DNA of 64,000 nucleotides from Microcoleus sp. (GCA_052279835.1 CP181291.1:5856001-5920000), one strand, 5' to 3'. Shown: positions 49,198-59,942, counted from the first letter of the stretch. The notes: generated by a model from the letters alone, not told the origin. Translations and numbers: made by a program.

Positions 49198-50520
49198 ATG
49201 GGCATGACTCTCACTGAAAAAATCTTAGCCAAAGCATCAGGGCGCAGCAAAGTTGAACCCGGAGAAAACATTTGGGTGGAAACAGACGTATTGATGACTC
49301 ACGATGTCTGCGGGCCCGGAACTATTGGAGTTTTCAAGAAAGAATTCGGCGACAATGCTAAAGTCTGGAATCCAGACAAAATCGTGTTAATCCCCGACCA
49401 CTATATTTTCACCAATGATGAACGCGCTAATCGCAACGTCGATATTCTCCGCGATTTTGCACAGGAACAAGGGATAAAATACTTTTACGACATCACGGAT
49501 CGATCGAACTTTAAAGCAAATCCCGACTACAAAGGCGTTTGCCACATCGCCCTCGCCCAAGAAGGCCACACACGGCCAGGCGAAGTCTTATTCGGTACAG
49601 ATTCCCACACCTGCAATGCCGGCGCTTTCGGACAATTTGCCACCGGCATCGGCAATACAGACGCAGCTTTTATCTTGGGAACCGGTAAACTGTTAATCAA
49701 AGTTCCGGCCACCATGCGGTTTATCTTCAACGGTGAACTACCCGATTATTTGTTAGCAAAAGACCTGATTTTGCAAATTATTGGTGATATTGGCGTCGCC
49801 GGTGCCAACTATCGCGCCATGGAATTTGCCGGCGATACTGTTGAGCGTTTGACGATGGAAGAACGGATGACGCTGTGCAATATGGTGATAGAAGGTGGTG
49901 GCAAAAACGGCACGGTGGCCGCCGACAAAACAACGTTGGATTACCTCAGTACCCGGACTAATGTGCCCTTTGATGTATTTTGCAGCGATGATGATGCTAA
50001 ATTTTATAGCGATCGCACCTATGATGTCACCCAATTAGAACCCGTCGTCGCCAAACCCCACTCTCCCGACAACCGGGATTTAGCACGGAATTGTCGCGAC
50101 GTCAAGATCGATCGCGTTTACATCGGTTCCTGCACAGGCGGCAAAACCTCCGACTTTTTGAATGCAGCGCGAATTATTAAAGGAAATCAAGTCAAAGTCC
50201 CGACTTATTTAGTGCCAGCAACTCAGAAAGTTTACGAAGATATGTTTACCACCAAATACGATGGTCAAACCCTGTCGGAAATCTTCTTAGCCGCCGGCTG
50301 CATCGAACCAGCAGCACCTTCTTGTGCCGCTTGTTTGGGCGGGCCAAAAGACACTTTTGGGCGAATGAACGAACCCGAAATTTGCGTATCTACAACCAAC
50401 CGCAATTTCCCCGGCCGGATGGGAAATAAGGAAGCTCAAGTTTATCTCGCTTCGCCTTATACAGCCGCAGCCTCTGCTTTGACTGGATATGTCACGGACC
50501 CGCGGGAATTCTTGTGTTAG
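49198..50520 (+). CDS. leuC: 3-isopropylmalate dehydratase large subunit
   Basis: MGMTLTEKIL, GTDSHT, IGSCTGG, CAACLGG, STTNRNFPGRMG, YLASP. Confidence 0.92.
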   Translation: MGMTLTEKILAKASGRSKVEPGENIWVETDVLMTHDVCGPGTIGVFKKEFGDNAKVWNPDKIVLIPDHYIFTNDERANRNVDILRDFAQEQGIKYFYDITDRSNFKANPDYKGVCHIALAQEGHTRPGEVLFGTDSHTCNAGAFGQFATGIGNTDAAFILGTGKLLIKVPATMRFIFNGELPDYLLAKDLILQIIGDIGVAGANYRAMEFAGDTVERLTMEERMTLCNMVIEGGGKNGTVAADKTTLDYLSTRTNVPFDVFCSDDDAKFYSDRTYDVTQLEPVVAKPHSPDNRDLARNCRDVKIDRVYIGSCTGGKTSDFLNAARIIKGNQVKVPTYLVPATQKVYEDMFTTKYDGQTLSEIFLAAGCIEPAAPSCAACLGGPKDTFGRMNEPEICVSTTNRNFPGRMGNKEAQVYLASPYTAAASALTGYVTDPREFLC

Positions 50521-50875
50521 AAAGTTGATTAAAAACTTGAGGTAAGGTGCGCATCGCGCACCTTACCAAATTCATGTAACCGATGATAAAAGCAAGTACA
50601 ATTCTTGCTATATTTTCGATTCTCTACCCGCGTTGAGCATCGGAAGATGGGTTATTGAAGCGTAACCAAGTTGCTAAAACTGCTACTGCACAGGTTGAAG
50701 CCAAACTAAAAGTCAAGAAAGTTTCTAAAGCTGACATAAGCTACTCTAATTTTGTGAAGGAACAAACAAGTTTTGCTATTCATTTTTATATCAGGCTCCA
50801 TCGAGCTTTTCAAGCGATCGCCCACAAAGTTCTCACTACTTAACTTTTTGTAATATTTAGAAAAATAGCATTACA

Positions 50876-51508
50876 TTATTCCCATTTATCGATGATTCCT
50901 ATCAATTCTTGGGGATGTTCAATCAAAAAATCGGGATAATGTGCAGCCAAAGCTGACTGAGAATTAAAACCCCAACTTACAGCAATTACTTTAATTCCCG
51001 TTCTTTTAGCCGCCTCTATATCTCTAACTTCATCTCCGACATAAACCACTTGTTCAGGATGGAATTCCTGTCGTTTTAACCATCTATAAATAACTTTGTG
51101 TTTGCCGAAAGTTGTCCCAGAATCAATAAAATCAAAACAGCCTTCCAAACCGTTTTTTTTCAGAGATTCTAAAACATTTTCTCTAGAATTAGAAGTAATA
51201 ATACCTAGGATAAAATTTCGATTTTTTAACTCTAATAAAACTTCTGTAATTCCAGGAAAGAGTTGGATTTGGTAAATTTCCTTGCGTAAATTTGCTTTTA
51301 ATTTTCTAATCACAAGCGGTAATTTAAAAACAGAAATCCCAGAGTAATTCAAGATTTGCCAAGAATTTAAATTGCTCAGTTTAGCAAGTTCTTCTTTTGT
51401 TACAGACTTAAAGCCAAATTCCACTGACAAACGGTTGGTAATACTGAGCAGAAGATCGATTGTATCTGCTAAAGTACCGTCAAAATCAAAAATAATTACT
51501 TTCAGCAT
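50876..51508 (-). CDS. HAD-IA family hydrolase (phosphoglycolate phosphatase-like)
   Basis: FDFDGTLAD, ITSN, YVGDEVRDIEAA, WGFN. Confidence 0.9.
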   Translation of the reverse strand: MLKVIIFDFDGTLADTIDLLLSITNRLSVEFGFKSVTKEELAKLSNLNSWQILNYSGISVFKLPLVIRKLKANLRKEIYQIQLFPGITEVLLELKNRNFILGIITSNSRENVLESLKKNGLEGCFDFIDSGTTFGKHKVIYRWLKRQEFHPEQVVYVGDEVRDIEAAKRTGIKVIAVSWGFNSQSALAAHYPDFLIEHPQELIGIIDKWE

Positions 51509-51574
51509 TTAAAATACGTTGTGGGCATGGGGCAGAAAAATTTGATATTAGTAATTGGAACCAATAAAAAACCA

Positions 51575-51670
51575 CAAACAAACAACAACCAACAATCAAC
51601 AATCAACAACCAATAACAAATAACAAATAACAAATAACAAATAACAAATAACAAATAACCAATAACAACT
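51575..51670. repeat. Heptamer tandem repeats (CAAATAA/CAATCAA)
   Basis: Directly visible tandem array downstream of queG. Confidence 0.85.
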
Positions 51671-52604
51671 AACTATTTATTTGATTTGCCTTCGCATTTC
51701 GTCGCAGCATTTCCGGTTTAATTCGCCGCAATGCCGAAGCTGTAAATCTCCGGTTCCATTCTTCATCAGAAATTTCTGCTAATTCCGTCAGTGTCGGCGC
51801 TATATTTTCAGGATAAGGCTCAAATTCTGGCATATCTGTTGGTTTAGCAAAACGCTGATTCCAAGGACAAACATCTTGACAAATGTCACAACCTGCTACC
51901 CAACCTTGTAAATTAGATGCTATTTGGTCTGGCAATTTTTCGGCTCGATTCTCGATCGTATGATACGCTATACATCGATCGGCATTAACGACAAAAGGCT
52001 CAGTAATTGCCTCCGTAGGACAGGCATCAATGCAGCGAGTGCAAGTACCGCAATGTTGAGTATGACCCGCATCTGGTACTAACTCCAAATTGGTCAAAAC
52101 TTCGCCCAAAAACACCCAAGAACCGTATTCCCGCGAAATTACATTACCATTTTTGGCAATCCAGCCAATCCCAGCCCGCCCGGCCCACACTTTATCCTGA
52201 ATTGGCCCAGTATCAGCATAATACCGCGCTTCGATGCCTTCACCTTGCGATCGCACCCAATCTGCCAACACCTTCAGTTTTTTGTGCAGGATTTTATGAT
52301 AATCCCGTCCCCAACCGTAGCGAGAAATTTTGGCATATTCCGGGCTTTCGGGACGTTGATGAGGCGTGTAGTAGTTGATGGCGACACATATTAAGGACTT
52401 TACTTCTGGCATCACGGCGCGAATATCTTGTCGTTTCGGATTAGCCATCCATCCCATATCACCTTGATAGCCTCGATCCAACCATGCCTGCAATCTTTGT
52501 GACTCCTCATCATTCCCCTCGTCTACCAAGGCTATCCCCACCTTGTGAAATCCCAACTCTAGGGATTTTTGCTTAATTCGATCGCTATTTATTGATACTT
52601 TCAT
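51669..52604 (-). CDS. queG: tRNA epoxyqueuosine(34) reductase QueG
   Basis: ISRYGWGRDYH, DTGP, CGTCTRCIDACPT, CIAYHTIE, GCDICQDVCPWN. Confidence 0.95.
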   Translation of the reverse strand: MKVSINSDRIKQKSLELGFHKVGIALVDEGNDEESQRLQAWLDRGYQGDMGWMANPKRQDIRAVMPEVKSLICVAINYYTPHQRPESPEYAKISRYGWGRDYHKILHKKLKVLADWVRSQGEGIEARYYADTGPIQDKVWAGRAGIGWIAKNGNVISREYGSWVFLGEVLTNLELVPDAGHTQHCGTCTRCIDACPTEAITEPFVVNADRCIAYHTIENRAEKLPDQIASNLQGWVAGCDICQDVCPWNQRFAKPTDMPEFEPYPENIAPTLTELAEISDEEWNRRFTASALRRIKPEMLRRNAKANQINS

Positions 52605-52808
52605 AAAGTAAACTCATATATCATAAATTGTGCAATTAGTCTAGTGATATCAACCAATTTAGCCCCAAGAATCATAATACTTTTAAAATCTTTATATTTA
52701 TAAATTTGATTTGTAATTTGTCAAAAATGTTACATAATTTTAAGCAAGGGAGATTAAGGTTCGCTAACTCAATTACCTCACTAAAAGCGCGAATCTCGCA
52801 ACAGACAC

Positions 52809-53771
52809 ATGGCAGTTAGTATTCAATCGGCTCAATCTATTTTTTCCAACACCGAGATTGCGAGCGTTGTTCCGACTACCACGGAAGCGTTCTACAAGCT
52901 CAGCGTTGAAGACCAACTGGCACTATTGTGGTATGCCTACACCGAAATGGGTGTTTCCATCACCGCAGCCGCTCCCGGAGTAGCCAGTATGGCGCTTGTT
53001 GAAGGCATACTGACTGAAATTAAGCAAATGTCGCCGGCCGCTCAAAGCAAAACCATGTTTGACCTGGCTAGCAATGCTGACACCACCATCGGCCGCATCT
53101 ACACATCCTTGCGCGTCAACACCAAACTCGGTTTTTGGTACGAACTAGGACAATTGATGAAACAAGGCCTTGTCGCTCCGATTCCCGCTGGCTATCAAAT
53201 GTCTCCCGAAGCCACCAAAGTCCTTGAAACCCTCAAACAACTCGATCCGGGCCAGCAAATTACCGTACTGCGTAATACCGTAGTTCACATGGGCTATGAC
53301 CCAGATTTCAGCCAAGAGTACGGCAAACGCTCTGCTCCCCGCAGCACTCCCACCTCTGTTGAACAGCGCGTCAAAACCCAGATTGAAGGCATCAGCGAGC
53401 AGACGGTGCTCAGCTACATTGATAACATGAATGCCTTCGACTTTACCCCTGCTGTTGGTTTATTTGCCGAAGAAGGTGCTCTGCAACCACCTTTCCAAAA
53501 GCCGATCGTGGGTCGCGAAGCTATCCTCAACTATATGCGGGAAGAGTGTGTCGGACTCAAAATGATGCCACAGCAAGGTGTATCGGAACCCGCAGAAGAT
53601 GGATACCGCCAAGTGAAAGTGACTGGTAAAGTCGAAACTCCCTGGTTTGGCTCGAATGTGGGTATGAACATTGCGTGGCGGTTTTTGCTCGATCCCCAAG
53701 GTCAAATTTTCTTTGTGGCGATCGATTTGTTGGCATCTCCGAAAGAATTGCTGAACTTGATGCGTAAGTAG
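52809..53771 (+). CDS. ocp: Orange carotenoid protein (probably not OCP1 clade)
   Basis: EDQLALLWYAYTEMG, KLGFWYELG, GQQITVLRN; CTD with conserved Tyr (LSYIDNMN) and Trp (NIAWRF); LLASPKEL. Confidence 0.93.
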   Translation: MAVSIQSAQSIFSNTEIASVVPTTTEAFYKLSVEDQLALLWYAYTEMGVSITAAAPGVASMALVEGILTEIKQMSPAAQSKTMFDLASNADTTIGRIYTSLRVNTKLGFWYELGQLMKQGLVAPIPAGYQMSPEATKVLETLKQLDPGQQITVLRNTVVHMGYDPDFSQEYGKRSAPRSTPTSVEQRVKTQIEGISEQTVLSYIDNMNAFDFTPAVGLFAEEGALQPPFQKPIVGREAILNYMREECVGLKMMPQQGVSEPAEDGYRQVKVTGKVETPWFGSNVGMNIAWRFLLDPQGQIFFVAIDLLASPKELLNLMRK

Positions 53772-53977
53772 AATATTTCAGTTTTGTTAGTCAAAACTGA
53801 AACCCCATCGCACTTCCATCCCATTCTTCCGACTTCTATGGCACTTTCCCCCTTTGGGGGGAAGTGATTTTTCGTATATCCGTATTATGGGTCGGAGATA
53901 TGTCACATCTTTTGATGGAGTTGCTGCCACAAACAGAATGACTATATTAGATAGATTAATCTAAAATTCTGATTTTT

Positions 53978-54406
53978 ATGATGGCAACCACTCCATTTAT
54001 GTTAACTGAAGCGATCGGCTTGAGCGCTATTCCTGAGCCAGCGGTTCTGGGATACTTTGAAACTTTCAACAGGGGAGATTTTGAAGCAACGGCTAGTTTG
54101 TTTGATGCTGAGGGCGTTCTCTATGCACCCTTTGCAGATCCGATTGTCGGCAAAAGTGCGATCGCCACCTACTTAAAAACAGAAGCCCTAGGAATGAAGC
54201 TCAATCCGCAGCAGGGCATGAGTCAAACCTTAGAGGACGGCAACATTCAAGTTCAAGTTAACGGGCTGGTACAAACTGCTGTATTTAGCGTCAATGTAGG
54301 ATGGTTGTTTATCGTCAATTCTCAACCAGCTATTGTTTCTGCGACGGTCAAGCTCTTAGCTTCTCCTCAAGAATTGCTAAGCCTGCGCCCCTTCACCAAG
54401 TTGTAG
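53978..54406 (+). CDS. OCP C-terminal domain homolog (CTDH/CCP, NTF2-like carotenoid carrier)
   Basis: VLGYFETFN.GDF, PFADPIVG, VQTAVFSVNVGWLF, KLLASPQELL; aligns by eye to the CTD of the adjacent OCP. Confidence 0.88.
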   Translation: MMATTPFMLTEAIGLSAIPEPAVLGYFETFNRGDFEATASLFDAEGVLYAPFADPIVGKSAIATYLKTEALGMKLNPQQGMSQTLEDGNIQVQVNGLVQTAVFSVNVGWLFIVNSQPAIVSATVKLLASPQELLSLRPFTKL

Positions 54407-54684
54407 GCTGCATATCCTAACTAAATCCACTTAATTAAGCCTAATCTACAGATAGCCCAAAACCTTAGAACCCAGACTTTTTTAAGAAGTCCGGGCTCTG
54501 GGTATTTTGCTGACCAACTAATCTAAAAAGTAGTAGTCACTAATCATTTGTTACTGCTTAGTTTGATTTTTTACTTGTTGATTGTTGGTTCCTAGTTGTG
54601 ATGTGTTAGTCGTTAGTTGTTGATTATTACCAATAACCTGTTATCAATAATTTATTATCAATAACCTGTTACCAATTAAACCAA

Positions 54685-55107
54685 TTAAGATTTGTCGGGC
54701 AAACTCGCTTCCAATTTCAAACAGTTGCGACCATCTATTTGCAAAGTGTAGTCCACCCGGTCCATCAGTCTGCTCATAATCAGCCAGCCGTAGCCGCTTT
54801 CCTGTTTAGCTTCTGGACGTGGGGGATTGTAAGTATTCATGGCGTAACCTTTACCGTAATCCCAAATTTCTAAACCAATGTCTCGATTTTTTAAATTTAA
54901 GCGAATTAACACTGGCAACTCAGGTTGGTCTTTGTGAGCATGGCGGATGACGTTGGAATAGGCTTCTGCTAGCACCAAGCGCAAACGATTCGATTGACGC
55001 GGCCAATCGACGTGCTCACCTAGCTCAACTTCCAAACTGCTCAGCAGCCAGTTTTCAACAATTGTCAAAAACCGCAAGTCGCTTGGTACGTGAAGCTCAG
55101 TATTCAT
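54685..55107 (-). CDS. RsbW-like anti-sigma factor / Ser kinase (HATPase_c_2)
   Basis: LRLVLAEAYSNVIRHAH, IWDYGKG, ESGYGWLIM..LMD. Confidence 0.9.
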   Translation of the reverse strand: MNTELHVPSDLRFLTIVENWLLSSLEVELGEHVDWPRQSNRLRLVLAEAYSNVIRHAHKDQPELPVLIRLNLKNRDIGLEIWDYGKGYAMNTYNPPRPEAKQESGYGWLIMSRLMDRVDYTLQIDGRNCLKLEASLPDKS

Positions 55108-55409
55108 ACAAAAATCCTGTAAGTTTAGAAATCCTGTGTCTTCAGACCAGGGATGAAATACGACGCGCCTGATTTATTTGGCGTGAATATTTACTGGTAC
55201 ATGGAGGATACTAGATACCGGGCGATCGAGGCAATACACTTTCTCTGAAAACATTCATCAAAAAGTATTAGTTAAGAGTTAGGCGTTGAAGCACTACTTC
55301 TATAACTCTCGCCTCTGGCCCAGTAAAGAGTCTGCAATCTGTGAGCTGTCAACGGAGGGCTTCAGTGGTTGATTCCTGAAGTCCCCGACTGATGGTCGGG
55401 GTAGTTGAC
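55108..55409 (-). mobile_element. ORF-less IS200/IS605-derived element with HEARO/omega-RNA-like 5' end
   Basis: Minus strand starts GTCAACTACCCCGACCATCAGTCGGGG and closes a stem with GTTGAC. The other end has the hairpin ATCCCTGGTCTGAAGACACAGGAT and abuts ATGA. Confidence 0.72.
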
Positions 55410-55413
55410 AGAT

Positions 55414-57087
55414 TCAGAGAACCTCCAGAGAGAGTATAGTTTGGTCATCTTCCTGAACTGGATTGTCCGCTCGGATGTAAGCCAACAAATTGTCCAAGTT
55501 AAAGGAACCAGGCTCCTGAATCAAGAGTTGCCAAAGCCCCTCTTGTTGTAGCATAGAACGAGTTTGTTCTCCCCCAGGAACAGCCTCAGTCATGACAGTA
55601 GCTTCAGTAATCCCATCACTCGTCAGCAGAAATACATCTCCTGACTTTAATTGGATCGTACCCCCTTTACCCTTCCAAACTGGCAGTATCCCCAAGGGAA
55701 TGCCACGAGCTTTCAGGAAATTGGGCTCTACTGGTGCGGAACCGCTAGCGGCTTGAGCTTTCACCTCTGAGTGAGACCAAACTATCGGATAGATGTGACC
55801 GGCATTAGCAAAAGCCAGGTGTCCCGTGGAGGGTGTGTAACGAGCCACAACCATTGTAATAAAATGGTTGTTGCCGATCAGGTCATCTGACATACTACTA
55901 TTCATGTTCGTCATGACTTGGCTGGGTTCAGGAGAAATTTCTTGGCTGAGTTCCCGCCGCATCACCGAAATAGCACTAGCCATAAATAGAGCAGCCGGAA
56001 CACCCTTACCGGAAACATCTCCCACAGCTATCCAAATATCCCCTTGAGAGTGGACGTAGACCTCAAAAAAGTCACCTCCTACTTCGCGGGCCGGATAGCA
56101 ACAAGCTTGCACCCTGACAGTTTCAAAATCGGGCCAACTTTGACGCAATAAGTTTGTTTGGATTTGGCGAGCCACCTCCAACTCATTTTGCATCTGCTTG
56201 GCCAAATCTAGAGTCCGCTGATATAGTTTGGCTTGAGACAGTGCCAGAGCAGCTTGAGCCGCCACACCTTCTATTAACTCTATATCTTCCGACGACCAAG
56301 GATTAGTACCGCCCTGCTGGCACAGGGCCAGTACCGCCAAGATTTCTTGCTGGTAAGTCAGTGGCACCGCCATCTGAACTGAATTGCCCGGACTTTGACT
56401 GCTTTGGTGCAGTTGAGTTTGACGGCTGGCTACGGCTTGGACCAGTAAATTTTCATCAAAAGAAAAAATGCTGGGTTCCGCTGTTTGGGATTGGTAGGGG
56501 AAGGTGCTCGGCAATAGTCGATCGCCCTCTACCGGCCGTAGCATACAGTAGTTTGCCTCAAAAGTTTGACCTACAGTTTGGACAATAGTTTGTACCATAC
56601 TAGAGTAATCTAGCGATCCACGAATCACGCTCATCACCTCATTGAACAGAGATTCTTTGCGTAAAGCGCGACGGAGTTCGACGCTTCGTTGCTTATAGTA
56701 TTTGTAAGTTTCCGACGCTTGATTGATGACTAATTTGAGCTCTTCAGGATTCCAAGGTTTGGTGATGTATTTGAAAACTTGACCTGAGTTGATTGCCTCT
56801 ACCAAGTCTTCAACATCCGTGTATCCCGTCAGCAGAATCCGAATCGTATCAGGAAAACGCTCGACAGTTTTCCCCAAAAACTCGGTGCCATTCATTTCTG
56901 GCATCCTTTGGTCTGAGATAATCACCGCCATTTCGCCCTGTGCATCTAAAACTTCCAGGGCGCTGAGGGCGCTATCTGCTTTGTAAACCTGAAAGTCGCG
57001 TCGAAACGTCCGGTACAGCAAATCCAAGTTGTCGGGTTCGTCATCGACTACCATTAGTTTCAGTTTGCTTCCATCTCCCCGACTCAT
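55414..57087 (-). CDS. REC-GAF-PP2C (SpoIIE/RsbU-like) phosphatase
   Basis: REC (VVDDE, ISDQRMP, KPW), GAF, then EVGGDFF, GDVSGKGVPAA, SDGITEA, EDDQT. Confidence 0.93.
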   Translation of the reverse strand: MSRGDGSKLKLMVVDDEPDNLDLLYRTFRRDFQVYKADSALSALEVLDAQGEMAVIISDQRMPEMNGTEFLGKTVERFPDTIRILLTGYTDVEDLVEAINSGQVFKYITKPWNPEELKLVINQASETYKYYKQRSVELRRALRKESLFNEVMSVIRGSLDYSSMVQTIVQTVGQTFEANYCMLRPVEGDRLLPSTFPYQSQTAEPSIFSFDENLLVQAVASRQTQLHQSSQSPGNSVQMAVPLTYQQEILAVLALCQQGGTNPWSSEDIELIEGVAAQAALALSQAKLYQRTLDLAKQMQNELEVARQIQTNLLRQSWPDFETVRVQACCYPAREVGGDFFEVYVHSQGDIWIAVGDVSGKGVPAALFMASAISVMRRELSQEISPEPSQVMTNMNSSMSDDLIGNNHFITMVVARYTPSTGHLAFANAGHIYPIVWSHSEVKAQAASGSAPVEPNFLKARGIPLGILPVWKGKGGTIQLKSGDVFLLTSDGITEATVMTEAVPGGEQTRSMLQQEGLWQLLIQEPGSFNLDNLLAYIRADNPVQEDDQTILSLEVL

Positions 57088-57534
57088 GCTATTCCCTACT
57101 CCTAGGCGAATTAATCAGGTCTAAAACTAGCTGTTTGTGAAATACCCTGGGCTGATGCGACGGAGGCGAATCAGTGATAGGGCTTCGGTTTTCATAGGTC
57201 AGTGCCATGTTAGTGATACCACAAGGATATTCGGAACTTACATCCGGTCGTGGTCTTACCTGACCTCGCCTTAGTTTGGAACTTGTCCTGTACTGCTATA
57301 CAAAACTTGGTTAAACTTATCTCAGCTTTACCATTCAACTAGAACTAACTTCTAGAGGGTCTGCTTCCTGCTTCAACCAAGGGAGTCGGCTCGCAACTTG
57401 TCCACAGGCGTAAATTCGGGCCCAGCAGCGCCCTATTTTTCCAGCCAGTCTCACTATTTAACTATTGTTTGTGAAGCTGTTGGCTCTTTTTTAACCATTA
57501 CTAATTCGCGTTCTGCACGCCCCTTACTGCCGTA

Positions 57535-58437
57535 TCAAGTTAATTTTTCTGCCAGTCTGAGCTTAGCAGAACGAGAGCGGGGATTTCTAGAGATTTCTTC
57601 AAATTGTGGTCCGATCGGCTTTTTTGTCAGTACCTGCAAACAGTCTGTGCCTCGGAGTTGGTGCTTGACGGGTCTATCTTCCAGACTGTGAAAAGTAATA
57701 ATTCCGAGCCTTCCACCGGGTTTTAACCACCTGGGCGCTTGAGAGAGGAAAGTGTCTAGAGCCACGAGTTCGGAGTTAACAGCTATCCTTAAAGCTTGGA
57801 AAGTACGAGTAGCTGGATGGATTCTGCCATTCCGCTGCTTGGGTGGGAAACTGCTAGCGATCGCACTAGCAAGTTCTGTGGTAGTTTCAAAGGGACGCCC
57901 TTGCAGAATCCGCCTCGCGATGCGTCGCGACAGTCGCTCCTCGCCATATTTATAAATAATATCTGCTAGCTTAACTTCGTCCCAGTGATTGATAATCTCT
58001 TCTGCGGTCAAAGATTGCTGCTGGTTCATACGCATATCTAACTGAGCTGGATGGCGAAAACTAAAGCCACGTTCCGGTGTATCGAACTGAGCGGAGCTAA
58101 CGCCTAAGTCTGCTATTATACCATCAAATGTGGCATCAGGCGACTGATATTCCGCAAAATTGCCGTGCCAAAACTCTACCGGAGCATTAGCAAATCGAGT
58201 TTGGCAAAAACGGATAGCCTGTTCATCACGGTCGATCGCCACCACTGTCACATCAGCCGCCGCCGCCAAAATCAAACCAGTGTGTCCGCCACCCCCAAGC
58301 GTCGCGTCCAAATAGCGGCCGCCGGGGCGCACCCCCAAACCCGCAATTAACTCAGGACCCAAAACTGGAACGTGATAGCTGTCAATACTGACATCTAATC
58401 CAGGGGTGTCCTTCTCAGAAAGCTCGATATCCTTCAT
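57535..58437 (-). CDS. rsmH: 16S rRNA m4C1402 methyltransferase RsmH
   Basis: [55 protein letters not shown]. Confidence 0.96.
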   Translation of the reverse strand: MKDIELSEKDTPGLDVSIDSYHVPVLGPELIAGLGVRPGGRYLDATLGGGGHTGLILAAAADVTVVAIDRDEQAIRFCQTRFANAPVEFWHGNFAEYQSPDATFDGIIADLGVSSAQFDTPERGFSFRHPAQLDMRMNQQQSLTAEEIINHWDEVKLADIIYKYGEERLSRRIARRILQGRPFETTTELASAIASSFPPKQRNGRIHPATRTFQALRIAVNSELVALDTFLSQAPRWLKPGGRLGIITFHSLEDRPVKHQLRGTDCLQVLTKKPIGPQFEEISRNPRSRSAKLRLAEKLT

Positions 58438-58610
58438 AATCTATAAAAGCGAAACAAAAATCAATAATAGTCAGCAGTCAGTAGTCATTAGTCATTAGTT
58501 ATGAGTTCTCAGTTCTCAGTCCTCAGTCCAAAGTTAGAAAATTTGTTGCTACTGACTAATGACTAATGACCAATTACCAATTAGCAATTACCAATCCCCA
58601 ATTACCAATT

Positions 58611-59794
58611 ATGTCAAGAATTGAGACTAGAACCGAACCAATGGTGCTGAACATGGGGCCGCACCACCCATCCATGCACGGGGTACTCAGGTTAATCGTC
58701 ACCCTAGACGGGGAAGACGTAGTTGATTGCGAGCCTGTTTTGGGCTATCTGCACCGGGGGATGGAAAAGATTGCCGAAAATCGCACCAACGTGATGTACG
58801 TGCCCTACGTGAGCCGTTGGGACTACGCTGCGGGAATGTTTAACGAAGCGGTGACAGTCAATGCACCGAAAAATTGGCAAATATTGCTGTCCCCAAACGG
58901 GCTAGTTATATTCGGGTAATTATGCTGGAGTTGAACCGGATTGCCAACCACTTGATGTGGGTGGGGCCGTTTTTGGCAGACGTAGGAGCCCAAACACCTT
59001 TTTTCTATACTATGCGCGATCGCGAACCCATTCTCGACTTATGGGAAGCAGCCACAGGCTATCGCATGGTTAACAACAATTACTTCCGCATCGGCGGAGT
59101 TGCGGCGGATTTACCCTACGGTTGGGTAGATAAGTGCCAAGATTTCTGCGATTACTTCGTTCCCAAAATTGATGAGTACGAACGTCTAATTACCAACAAC
59201 CCAATTTTCCGCCGCCGGATTGAAGGCCTAGGTACCATATCTCGCGCCGAAGCGATTAACTGGGGACTATCCGGCCCCATGTTGCGCGGTTCCGGCGTGA
59301 ATTGGGATTTGCGGAAAGTTGACCATTACGAATGTTATGACGACTTCGAGTGGGAAGTGTGTACAGAAGCAGCAGGCGATTGTTTAGCCCGGTATTTGGT
59401 AAGAATTCGGGAGATGCGCGAGTCAGTTAAGATTCTCTATCAAGCCTTAAAAGGACTCCCCGGCGGCCCTTACGAGAATTTGGAAGCGAAGCGACTAGAA
59501 AGCGGACCAAAATCCGAATGGAATAGTTTTGAATATCAGTTTATTGGCAAAAAAGTTGCGCCGACTTTTAAGATTCCCAAGGGCGAACATTATGTCCGCG
59601 TTGAAAGTGGCAAAGGTGAGTTAGGGATTTATATCATCGGCGATGATAGTACATTCCCTTGGCGCTGGAAAATTAGGGCTGCCGACTTTAATAATTTGCA
59701 GATTTTACCTCACATTGTGCGCGGTGTAAAGATTGCGGATTTGGTAGCAATTTTGGGGAGTATCGACATTATTATGGGTTCAGTCGATAGGTAG
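58611..59794 (+). CDS. ndhH: NAD(P)H-quinone oxidoreductase subunit H, with a 1-base deletion near 58865 (probably a sequencing error)
   Basis: [24 protein letters not shown]...[12 protein letters not shown] split over two frames; GCA-CC-GAA-AAA-TTG lacks one base of A-P-E-K-L. Confidence 0.93.
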
Positions 59795-59827
59795 ATTTCG
59801 ACTGTTTTTGATGCGAGCATCTAACTA

Positions 59828-59859
59828 AAAGAACCCGGTTAGTATAAACCGGGTTCTTT
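59828..59859 (+). terminator. Rho-independent terminator after ndhH
   Basis: AAAGAACCCGGTT...AACCGGGTTCTTT followed by T-rich sequence. Confidence 0.7.
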
Positions 59860-59942
59860 ATTTCTCTCTTATCTCTTCCTCTGTGTCCTCTGCGCCCTCT
59901 GTGGTTAAAAAAATCTTTATTTTATCTTTGATTCCATAAACC

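Noticed and set aside
50655..50843. 62-aa plus-strand ORF between leuC and the HAD gene
   Set aside because: TTG start, no clear RBS or recognisable motif. It cannot be supported, though a small protein is not excluded.
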